This document shows, piece after piece, positions 10,798-21,152 of a stretch of 23,086 nt of DNA. This DNA is from Ginkgo biloba (taxonomy: Eukaryota; Plantae; Ginkgophyta), in the NCBI GenBank assembly GCA_024626585.2, contig JANKJI020000002.1:185513486-185536571 (forward strand), given 5' to 3'. The stretch's first letter is position 1, and each line of letters begins with the position of its first letter. The notes below the pieces were generated by a model. It searched no databases and had not been told where the DNA came from. It saw only the letters and a program-made list of their open reading frames with translations. The position numbers and the translations under genes were made by a program.

Positions 10798-12630
10798 GCT
10801 TAAAGCATCTCCTTTTTAAGAAAGTTGTAGAAGAGGGTTTACAAAGAAAAAATGTAAACCCTAGAAAGAGAAAAGAAATCCTATAGGATATGATTTAAAC
10901 AAAATGCAAATAGTCCCTCGAGGGTAGAATAAATGACAAGCTACTCCCATGGAGGGGAGAATACAATGCTTAGAAGAGGTGGAGGTAAAAACCCCTAACC
11001 ATCATACACATCAGAAGGAGAGTTGGCTATGTCATCTATCATTGTGTACTCATGGATAATGAATTTGAGCGTGTTATCAGGAGGGCAACTTGGGCTGAGA
11101 GGAGTTGGCAGAGCCATCCTAGGAGGCCTCTAATCCCTCTTCGTTGGAAGAGAAGAGGAAGAAGCTCCCCTCACATCCAAGGCCATAAGTCTCTTGGAAG
11201 AAGTAAAGAAGCTAGTGATGCAGTCCCGATCATGAACTCTAGACTGGGTGTGGGGAGAAGTAGTGGTCAACCTGTGGAGTTTGTTGGATCTGACAATGTG
11301 TGTCGGTCTTGTAATATCTCTGGTGTTAGAACACTGTTTAACTGGTCTACTGCTATTTGTATCAATATTTTCCATAGCTATATTGTGCTTGACACCCCCA
11401 GTAGTTGGAATAGGCCAGAAGAATGAAGTAATCAATCTAATGGATCTAGAGGAGCCTCGTAATGATTGATGTTTGAAAGTCACCATCTCTCTAAGGAACA
11501 AAGCCAAGAATCTATAATAGAGGTAACAGAAGAACACAGAGAGAGACCCCCTGAATTCTCTAAAGAGACAGTGATATGTCCCCCGCATCTCATAGGAAAT
11601 AGAGCATCTATAAATGAAATGCTCCTCAGACTCAACCTCCTGGAGAGAGCACAACCTGCAAACCCTGTCCTCTCGAGGAATATGGGGATCTATCTCAATG
11701 TGCCACTAGTGCAAACGTACTCTGAGCTGACGAAGTAGGAAAGTCCATGTGACTAGTGTTGTCTGAGATAATCTGGCCGAACAATAAGGCTATCTAAAAT
11801 CTAGAGGAAGTTCTCTGCATAGAAGGCTAGCATGGGGTTGAGAGGTTGAGGAGGAGAGAGCCAAGTCTTCTGAATGAACTATCGGTAACTATCCTCCTTG
11901 ATCACATTATTAATCTCTCCTTTTGTGGGAAGAAGGCGAGGAGGAGCAACCAAGGAGTATTTGTAAGGAGGGAAACGATCAATAGAAATATCCATGGACT
12001 GTAGAAGCATCGAGGCCTCAAGGTACCAGCATGATCTCCACCCTGTCTGGCCAAAAGAAGAGAGAGAAGCAAGCTTCTCAAAGGAACAAAGAGCTAAGAA
12101 AGGATATCTCTCACGCCCAGATGCAGAATCTCCCAAAGCACGAAGTCTGTGAAGGTAGGAGGTGAGTCTGAAGATTCACTCAAGGCGTAGAGGATGAGCA
12201 CCAAACTTAGCTTGAACAATACATTGGGGGACGGTCCGCTTACAACTAATGAGACACTGAAGCATGATAGTCTGTAATCTCTCCACACGAGCCCACTCAA
12301 GCTGACCAAGACTAGGCCCCCAAACCTCTGAACCGTAGAGAGTTGTGGGTGCAATGATGGTGTTGAATAGTTTCATCTTGGATGGGATGTCCTGAAAATG
12401 GAGTTGGAAGCATTGACGCTCGAGCAAAGCCAAGGAAGCGTATCCTTTACAAAGGCGAGATCGGGACACTGGTCTCAAACTGAAAGAAGGGCCAATAAAC
12501 TGAACCCCCAAGTAAGTATAGGAAGTGGTAACCTCTATCAGTAGTCCTTTGAAGAAGAACTGAACCTTGGAGAAGGCTTCTTTAGTAGTATTGAAAACCC
12601 ATAGCCTTTGTCTTGCCGAGGTTCAACACC
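10798..12630 (-). mobile_element. 5'-truncated LINE (RTE-X-like) copy 1: RT C-terminus/thumb, CCHC finger, C-terminal tail and probable 3' UTR
   Basis: LNLGKTKAM, SYTYLGVQF, PTTLYGSEVWG, IPREDRVCRLCSLQEVESEEHFIYRC. Frameshifts and stops. T-rich UTR-like sequence runs into the gap at 10797. The clade call is inferred from motifs. Confidence 0.88.
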
Positions 12631-12845
12631 AATAATAATAGTTACCTTTGAATGATATTTTTTGACACAAATCCCTACCCCAAGAATGCAGGGACCTGTA
12701 ACAATGGAATCAAAGCAGGTGGGAGATCATATGCTTAATAAATATTGATGTGAAAAGGTTCAAGGATGGAAAGATTTTGTTTGAGTAGACGAGACTTGCT
12801 ACAACCATTGTTATGGTTTCTTCCTTACCTTAAAATCTCCCCAGA

Positions 12846-13263
12846 TGTTAGGTTTCCTTTTAACAGGAGGAGCTTTACTATTTTACGCAGTATTGGATAA
12901 TCACACATGTTAGACGAATAAACCAACACATGTCAGAAAGGATCCAAACCAACACCGACATGAGCCCAATATCTTCGCCCGCACCAACACCAATAGAGAT
13001 CACATATCCGACGAAGGATGGAACCTCATGAATCTATACCAACATGAATCAACCCTTTGACAAAGGTCGGGGTAGACCTCACCAACTCTTCACTGACAGC
13101 ACTGAAAAAGCACGACATCAAATCGCCAACATCAGCTGAAGTTGTTCACCAACGCTGACGGGCGAGTCTGACACAAGTCTTTGACTTGTTCTGTAAATTG
13201 TAACTCCAACGACAGTTATCTAACCATCTACACTCTGTATAAATATCAGACATAGGATAGGAT
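12846..13263 (+). mobile_element. LTR 5' half (U3 to TATA)
   Basis: Begins TGTTAGG at 12846; CCGAC/CCAAC/CTGAC-rich; TATAAATA at 13238-13245; truncated by a 100-N gap. Confidence 0.55.
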
Positions 13264-13363
13264 NNNNNNNNNNNNNNNNNNNNNNNNNNNNNNNNNNNNN
13301 NNNNNNNNNNNNNNNNNNNNNNNNNNNNNNNNNNNNNNNNNNNNNNNNNNNNNNNNNNNNNNN

Positions 13364-13973
13364 CCTACAATACTTCGTGGCTTTCTCTGCTCTTCCTCTC
13401 CTCAATGACTTCTTACCAATTCTATTTATAGGCTGAGATCTAATAGATTTTCCCCTTCCTAAGCACAATGGCTTCTCCTACTTCAATGGCACTGTTAGTT
13501 GAGCATTAATTCTACAATGACTTTCGTATTAAATGCCCGTAATGTTCATAAAAGTTCCTTGTCATCAACATCCTTCACCCCGTTTTCCATTGTAATCAGG
13601 TTCACCGACGCAAGTTGATCTTGTCCTCCGTCAGTCTGATCTTATGTCGGTCTGCCTTGACCCTACTACCTTCCATCGATTTGCTGACATCCAATGAGAC
13701 TCATCTATTTATGTCATCGATTCTCTGTCTTCTAGTACTTATCTATTATCTCCATCGATAGTGTCAATCCCTACTTCACTGATGAATGTTAGGCTCTTTC
13801 ATCATCGACGAAGTTGGTTTTCTTTGCTTTCGTCGATGAGGTCGGCCCACCCTCTGTTGATGCTCATCGATTTTGCTCTTTGTTGGCACTCGTCAATTTT
13901 TCTCTTCATAAGTGCTTGTCAGTTTTGGCTCTTCATTAGTTTTGGTTTGACTGACACCGTTGGTCCACCAACA
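13364..13973 (-). mobile_element. LTR 5' half (U3, TATA, start of R) in the opposite orientation
   Basis: Minus strand begins TGTTGGTGG at 13973; CTATAAATAG at 13431-13422 followed by a GA-rich R-like stretch; truncated by the same gap. Confidence 0.6.
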
Positions 13974-13998
13974 TAGTGAACGTTGGATGCTCCTGCAT

Positions 13999-14105
13999 CA
14001 CACACACACATATATGCACATACATACAAATATACACATATATGTGTGTGTATGTGTGTGTGTGTATATGCACATATACACATGCACACACACACACATA
14101 TATAT
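13999..14105. repeat. Compound (CA)/(TA)/(TG) microsatellite
   Basis: About 105 bp of almost uninterrupted alternating purine-pyrimidine sequence. Confidence 0.95.
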
Positions 14106-14144
14106 CCTTTTTCTTTTCTTTTTTAAATATATATTATTGGGATA

Positions 14145-15706
14145 GTTCATCATTTGTTGCTTTGTAAGCTTTCAAAAAGCCTTCAAGATTGTACCTTGCC
14201 ACATTCTCATGGAAAGACTAGGCACTTTGGGAGTTCCAAAGAATACATTTTGGTAGTGATGAAAATTTGTTGGAAAGTAATTGACCACAATCATACTTCA
14301 TAGGCACTCTCTAGATATCCATAGCACCATTTAAGTCAAGCAGGGGTGTCCCCTATCTTCTACACTATTTGGATGTTGTATTGATGAGCTTGAGCAACAC
14401 TTTCAAGATAACACAAGAGTTGAGGATGGGTGTCTTATACATTGTGTTCCAATCGTAATTCTTCTATTCGCAACTAATGTCGTCCTTTTCTCCTCTACTT
14501 TAGAAGGACTTACAAGACAAATAGATGATTTGGTGTCAATTTGGGACAAGAGATGAAGCGAAACTTAGTAGAACTAAAGTCATACTCTACAACACATCTA
14601 GATAAAGTTCACCACCACATTTCTCCTTTAGCGCCCAACCAGTGCACACGGTCTCCTTATACACCTACTTAAATGTTGAATTCTTCCATTTTTGGTATGG
14701 TCCATGTAGCCCAATTCAAAATGTACCTCCCTTTCACTTCTGAAGAGAGGGTGCTTCCAACTGAATTTCCAAGCTTTCCCAATCAAATGTATACTTTTTG
14801 ATTCTCAAGTCAAGCCCGTGTGGGGTACGAGCCTTTCATCAATCCACTAGTTGAGGATTAAGAGTGTCAAGGCACCCATGCTATCACAGATCATTTGCTA
14901 CAAGTGGAGGATTCATGAATGCATTTTTCAGGCTAAAAGCTTGGTCTTGCCCACTACATCTTGAGACTATTTTTGGGATCGTTGCTTATGTACACAAGGC
15001 CTGAAGTATGGAAGATACTCATACAAGGAAAGGTACGCTATTTAGAATTATGTTCTTCACAAAATCTGGCCTTATCTAATCAGGATTCTCATAGATGCAG
15101 GTGGTACTAGTACATGGAGCCTTTCCCTTTGCTCAAGACAACTGTGAATCTCCATTCACAATCCCCAACACCCCCCCCTCCCAAAAAAAAAAATGGAAAA
15201 AAGCAATTCAGGTTCTCCCTTAGCTTGGTGAACCTCAACATGATGAGGAGTGAGATCAATGAGGCGATTCGAAATGAGATTTATAGAGCATACCTTGAGG
15301 TGACATGAATCTTCCCTTCAAGGTTTCCTGGTCCAAAGTTGTTTCAAAATTTCAAGCACTTACTTCTAATCGCAAATAGGTTTAATGACACTCCAAGCTA
15401 CTGGCATCTTCATATAACTCATGGGGTACAGCTTAGAGTCCACTCACATCAGCTTCCAATAGAAGTTGAACACTTCATTCCCAGAGACCAGAGTCAGTGC
15501 AGATTATGCCTCCTCGAGATAAGGAAGAAGAAGCACTTTGTACTCCAACACCCAATTTATTACGAGATTAAAGGCGGATATCTCTGTCCATTCCACAACA
15601 ATACAGGATCTATTTATAGCCCTCTTCATCAAGGATCTTTTTCATCACAGAAGACTTTTACAGGGAGCGCACCAGGTGCCTCTTGGGACATGGAGAGTAG
15701 TCGCAT
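14145..15706 (+). mobile_element. 5'-truncated LINE (RTE-X-like) copy 2: RT core through CCHC finger, heavily decayed
   Basis: CCFVSFQKAFKIVP (DFxKAFD motif), VKQGCPLSSTLF, LLFATNVVL (decayed FADD), YTYL, CFQLNFQ (aligns with CFQLHFQ of copy 1), QLRVHSHQLPIEVEHFIPRDQSQCRLC...HFV. Ends in a gap. Confidence 0.9.
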
Positions 15707-17345
15707 NNNNNNNNNNNNNNNNNNNNNNNNNNNNNNNNNNNNNNNNNNNNNNNNNNNNNNNNNNNNNNNNNNNNNNNNNNNNNNNNNNNNNNNNNNNNNN
15801 NNNNNNTAATTAATAAAACAAATGAGTAAGGGATCCCACCAAAATTATAACTATGGGATATATAAAACACCATCATGGTAGTAATGACCCACTTGATAAG
15901 TAGGGCCTCATCCCTTGATAATACTAATATGCACACTCCATGTGGGATCAACAAACTTAACTAGAGTATCCATGCTAAGTACTCAATTTCATCTAACCCT
16001 ATTATTTGTACAATGTCCATATCTACTAGCTCTATAATATAAATTAGACCAAGGATTATGTATGTGTCTAGTTTTGTGATAAACCTATTACCAAATACTA
16101 AGAGTCTAAAAACATGTACGTCTATATGCTAATAACTTGTGCCTCATAATATTTAAGTTGTGTAGTATTATATAACATCCATAGCCCATATATCATCATA
16201 ATATTGATATCCTATGGTGTTAATTAACCATGAAAATCCATCATAATGGGCCCATCATTCTCTCTATTCATTGCCCATTGAAGTTCCTACATTCTCAGAT
16301 ATAAAAAAATGTCAGAGCATCAAAATATCTCATAATATCTTATAAATATAAAAAATAGTCCAAGCCACTTATTAGCATGCAAATAAGTTATGATAACCCC
16401 AAATTGCATTAAAATAAGCTATAATAGATTAATAATGTATTAATCCATGGCTTTACTTTCAGAAATCATGTGCTAATAAATGAACCAACAATTCTATAGG
16501 CGCTAATTAATGACATCCAATTTTTTGATGCAATAAATACCCCTTGCTAAAAAACTAACGATAAAAAATGATCGTGGGCCTCACACTTATGTGTAAGAAA
16601 AAAAAATTGCAATCCACTGGTAGAATGCAATGATTTCTCATTTCTTTATGGGACCCCACAACTTAGGGTTTAAAAGTAAAACTAAGAAAAATTAATGAAA
16701 AACAACAATAAATCCTTATTAAAAACTCTTCCATATCATTGGTATGTGGAGTATTCCTTGATGTCTGTCGTAGGACCAAATTTTGTTGCCTCTATCAAAA
16801 TTTGTATTCTCAAAGGTCACTTTCACACTTTTACAAATGGACAAATGAAAAATTTTACTTATCTTTTTATGACTAAACAAGAGGACGTACATACAACAAA
16901 TGAAAAGAAGGTTACCTTTCCACTTATCTTTTTATTATTTTAAGAATATTTATTTGGTATTTAAAATTTTTTAATTATAGGTCCTTATTTATAAAAAAAT
17001 TTGAGTAATATATGGCACCTATGATCATCCCATACTAGTTATTTTGTCCAATCTTGTATCATAAAAATCCAAAAATACCAAAAAAACACCAAGAATTGCC
17101 ATTACTTATTCATTGCATTCTTTAGTGTCTACCCCTAAGATAGTCCTAAAATCCTTACATCTTTCGAGGAGAAATGAAGTGAAGAACTTGAATACCTTTA
17201 TCTCAATAAACTTTGCTCATACTTAAACAAGTTCTGTTAGCATAACACCTGTAACCAGACATTGTCTGATTTATCAAGCCACTGGTCTGCTTATAGTATC
17301 ACCTGAACCAGTTAGGAGACATGTTAGAATGACTCACTCTACCTG

Positions 17346-17870
17346 ATGAGGACAAGGAGTAGAACATCTTCCATTGCATTTCAGTATACCCCATCACCAG
17401 CATCTTCTGACTCCTTGAGTATCAGGAGTAGGACAGAACTCCCAACCAGCAGAGATGGGGATTCCCTCTCCTTCTATGCCTCCTCCATAGATGAGATTTT
17501 GGTGGAACCTGTACCGCCTTCACCAGAATCAGGCAAAAGCTCCTGTTCTGGTACTAAGTCAATCAACAGCATGCAGCTTGGGACGCTTATAGTGGATTAT
17601 AGAATATAGAGGACTTTGTGGTTCCAGCTATAATTCTACGTTAAGTGATTTGCAATGGCATCCAATAGAAGCCCTGAGAGTGTTAGTATGGTATGATAGT
17701 GTTTCCTGACAAAAAGAGGGCCCAATCGTCTTGGATGTTCATTTGTGCTGCCTCTACATGACTTGCTTCTGTATTCACTAGATTTGATAGATGTAGTTAG
17801 TAGATGAGGATGTGATAGGCACCCGCTTTGGTGTTCTTACAGCTGAAGATTTTCACCAGTCCCATTGACT
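17346..17870 (+). pseudogene. Probable decayed host-gene fragment antisense to SEC24
   Basis: GC-richer island with a Ser/Pro-rich 87-aa ORF, followed by protein-like pieces in shifting frames (LSDLQWHPIEA; MIVFPDKKRA; RLGCSFVLPLHDLL; AEDF). No TE motifs recognised. Identity unverified. Confidence 0.35.
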
Positions 17871-18270
17871 GCTTTTTGTCATCCATGGACATTAATAAAA
17901 CTTTGTTCCTTCTTTTTTTCCTCGACGCCTTTACTTAATCAACAATGCTGAACAAAGCATCATTTACACACTCATATGAAAGGCTGGTGTATATTTCACC
18001 TTGTCACTAGACCAGCCCAAATATTGCATTAACATTGCAGATAATGTCCATAAACATAAAAGGCACCCTTCAAAAACTGTAGCCAGCGTATTTTAGTTTT
18101 GACAATAGTCCCAAAAAAACATAGCTCCACACAAATCATCAGGCATATCTATTGAACTCCATGGGAAAATTCATAATGCAACTGATAAAAGATGAGAGCA
18201 GTAAGGAGAACCCAGATAGTAACAGTAAAAAAGAATGTACACACAACAGGAATGACAGGCAAGTTTTCAC

Positions 18271-18409
18271 CATCATTCAGCAAACCACAAAAATTGCATC
18301 TCCAGCGTCTTCCACCATCAGTGAACATGACATGAGGGTTAATGTATGTGCGACACCTTCTGCACCTAACAATTCCTGATGCACCAAAGTTGACAACAGG
18401 TACCTCTTC
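18271..18409 (-). CDS. SEC24A: Sec24 zinc-finger exon (Sec23/Sec24 zinc finger)
   Basis: [46 protein letters not shown]. Acceptor ttgctgcag| is phase 0, compatible with the previous donor. Donor G|GTGAAA is phase 1, leaving the G of the expected Val codon. Length 139 bp. Confidence 0.95.
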
Positions 18410-18680
18410 CTGCAGCAAGAAAATATTCAGCATCCATAAACACGATGAAACCTACATACACCAACCTTTGGATTTACTTAGAATATGAATGAACGATCTA
18501 GAGGGTTTTGTTCTCGTTAAGTGTTTGCATTGATTTCTTGCAAACTCCACGTATTTGAGCAAAAGGTAGATAGGTGATTGACAACTTAAACATTTTCCGA
18601 ATAGTCAAATCTTCTCTTCTTTAGTTGTCTACTTCTTCATCCTCATCTGTCCTAAGTTAGGATCCTTACTTGCCAATCTT

Positions 18681-19223
18681 GGGTCTTGGACTAAACTGCT
18701 CTAGAGCTTTTCCTCTCGACCTTTTCTTGTCACTCCCATTATCAACAACCACTAAAGCTCGGCATGCGTTTGGTCTTGATCTTTCCTTATGAGTTGAGCT
18801 CTGTAAGTTGGCCTTTTATCGGTTCTTTGGAAGATTTTGTCTTTTTTTTTGGCTTTTTCCACAAGACATATTTTTTGGGTGTCATTCTTATCTTGTAATA
18901 TGATTATTTCCTCGAGTTCTCATTGAATTCCACTAATAACTTAAACAAGTTTTCAATTGATTTTGAATTGAAGGAAATAAGTAAAACGAGATTTCAATTG
19001 CCACATTCACACAGTGGTTGAATGGGATGATAGAGTTTTTGGTCATTGGATGAAATTGCTCTAGAGCTTTTCCTCTCAACCTTTTCTTGTCATTGCCATT
19101 ATCTATGACCACTAAAGCTCAACATGTGTTTGGTCCCATTCCTTTCTTATACGTTGAGCTCTTTAAGTTGGTCTTTTATCGGTTCTTTGGAAGATTTTGT
19201 GTTTTGTTTTGGGCTCTTTCCAC
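18681..19223. repeat. Direct repeat of about 180 bp at 360-bp spacing in the short SEC24 intron
   Basis: 18697-18840 vs 19057-19200 align without gaps, with about 19 mismatches in 144 bp by manual count. The second copy runs into a gap. Confidence 0.95.
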
Positions 19224-19365
19224 NNNNNNNNNNNNNNNNNNNNNNNNNNNNNNNNNNNNNNNNNNNNNNNNNNNNNNNNNNNNNNNNNNNNNNNNNNNNN
19301 NNNNNNNNNNNNNNNNNNNNNNNAAAGAAAACATAAACTATAAGAGCAGAGGAGCATTTTCTGAC

Positions 19366-20415
19366 CCCATCTGGAGCTTCTGCGAGAGGATGAACCACAG
19401 CTCCAAGAGGCAGATGCCACCGAGCCATCAATGACTGGGAATTCGGGATTGCATTAGTTGTAAACCGAAAGTATCTGGGATGGCAATTTGAAACACAAGT
19501 AGCACTTGAGGATGTGCACTCCATATCTGCTTCATCCAGTGGCCGTGGCAGCACATTGGGATCAATTCCTGCCTCCACTGCTCCAGGAACCGACCCAACA
19601 GAAAGCGACTGGAACTCCTCAACCAATCCTTGAATGCCTCCTAAAGGAGGTGCTGCCATGGGATATGAAATTGGTGCTCTGACTTTCTGACCGTCCATAT
19701 AGGGAGCCTGCAAAGGAGGTTGCGGCACAGCACCCGGATATGCCTGAGGACCTCCTTGCTGAGGATAGTGTTGCTGCTGAGTAGGAATACCAGTCTGAGG
19801 CATGGGAAATGAGGGTCGTGTGGCAAAAGTTGTGAACTGAGTACCTAAATGGGCACCTTGTCCCCCTGGAAATGGTTGGGAAAATGGTTGCTGCACAGCT
19901 GGCCCAGAAGTACGGAGAGGCGGGAGACCACCATGAGGAGATTCTGACGAAGACTGAATTACTGGTGGAGGAAAATTACCTGTAGATGAAATAAAATTTG
20001 CTGCCTGTGGTGGAGCACCCATAGGCACAGAGGGAGACAGGGACAGAGGCGGCAACCGTGAAGCAGATGCAGGTGCAAACTGCTGACCTGTTGAAGAGGG
20101 TGCTCGTGGAGGTGCCATTTGCTGACCTATTACAGGGGGTGCTGGAGGAGGCCGAACAAGAGGCCCTTCTAAAGATGATGGTAAATTCTGTGATGTTTGA
20201 AATGGTACAGCAGGACCATTTGACCTTACTGGTGGAGCTAACCTTGGGTAGCGCTGATCTGGTCCTTGCAGAGGTACTGAGGATGTGAAGGATGCAGAGG
20301 GCACTTGGGGAGTGGTTCCAGAGGGAAAGGCAGGTTGACCAGGGAATACTGGACTTTGGACTTGCTCTGGCCTCATCGGCTGCACTGGACCTGACATGTG
20401 GGGTCTAGATACCAT
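19366..20415 (-). CDS. SEC24A: Protein transport protein Sec24 (SEC24A/ERMO2-type), first visible coding exon: Pro/Gln-rich N-terminus plus start of the conserved region
   Basis: Open frame of 350 codons ending IQGLVEEFQSLSVGSVPG...LPRPLD...NCHPRYFRFTTNAIPNSQSLMARWHLPLGAVVHPLAEAPDG, matching plant SEC24A as I recall it. Phase-0 donor GGG|GTCAGA after 19366. Candidate acceptor tttgatacag| before 20429. ATG at 20415 in good context (gggATGG). The start codon is inferred; an upstream coding exon is possible. Confidence 0.93.
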
Positions 20416-20863
20416 CCCTGATGCTGAACCTGTATCAAATTGAACTTCACCATTAAGGAATGAAGAAAATTGCAATAAATAGCATTCAGCATCTGGCATC
20501 AAGCATGGATAAACTCATAATCAGCAAAAAGATAAAATATTTTGAGCCAAAAGTCACTCCATTTTCTCATTACAAAGGAGAGTAGAAGCAGAAGAAGAGA
20601 TGAATTGCTGTCTACCACCAATCAAATTATTGACCTCAGCTGTCATTTCTATAGATGGACTTTATAAGAAGGCAATGTATAAAATAAGAACAATATTTTT
20701 CACTAAAGAAGTTTTAATCCATAACATCAATAGGACCCAAATAATGAATGAGAATGTGCTTTCATATTTGAAACACAATTTTCACACAATGCATTTCTGA
20801 GTCTCTGAAAGCTGAAGCATATTATAACTAGGAGAATGTTGTCTCTAAAAAAAGCAGCATAAG

Positions 20864-21152
20864 CATTTATGAGATTCCTCAACAAGCAGAGCCCAATGTT
20901 CAAGGATAATGATTACAAACAGACTGTTTNNNNNNNNNNNNNNNNNNNNNNNNNNNNNNNNNNNNNNNNNNNNNNNNNNACCTGGACTCAGTTCCATAAA
21001 TATACTTTGGGACCATTTATAGCATTCCTTGACAAGCAGAGCCGAATGTTCAAGCATCATGATTACAAACAAACCTTTTTCCCTCTGAAAAGCGTAGTTG
21101 TTTGAAAATGCAATCATTACTTGCACACAGTTCCATGAATATACTTTGAGAC
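20864..21152. repeat. Imperfect tandem repeat, unit about 140 bp, upstream of the first coding exon
   Basis: catttat...acaagcagagcc.aatgttcaag.at.atgattacaaac at 20864 and 21014; cagttccat.aatatactttg.gac at 20989 and 21128 (offset 139). Confidence 0.85.

Larger units (their letters stand above)
1..18270 (-). other. Probable very large, TE-filled intron of SEC24, continuing past the window start
   Basis: GT donor at 18270. No sequence encoding the expected next Sec24 segment (VPGEYF..LD..GRR.D..RPEL) was found by eye downstream. The exon could be hidden in an N-gap. Confidence 0.7.

Noticed and set aside
3821-10886. Long ORFs in the supplied track that span N runs
   Set aside because: Artefacts of translating assembly gaps.
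11052-11738. Plus-strand ORFs of 73-124 aa
   Set aside because: Antisense shadows of the minus-strand LINE ORF2.
13960-14167. His/Thr/Cys/Val-rich small ORFs
   Set aside because: Translation of the microsatellite.
15161-15202. C-run/A-run as a separate insertion or poly(A) tail
   Set aside because: It sits where copy 1 encodes FPPYK, so slippage expansion within the LINE is the simpler explanation.
15807-17140. AT-rich block possibly a non-autonomous DNA transposon or Helitron, weakly similar to 22820-23086
   Set aside because: No terminal inverted repeats, TSD or CTAG/hairpin terminus could be established, and the similarity is limited to short words.
17343-17368. Hammerhead core CTGATGAG
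   Set aside because: No stem II followed by GAAA.
19147-19365. C-terminal part of the 451-aa ORF as Sec24 coding sequence
   Set aside because: Read-through past the GT donor at 19365 into intron and gap. The N-terminal 20430-20502 part is likewise probably intronic.
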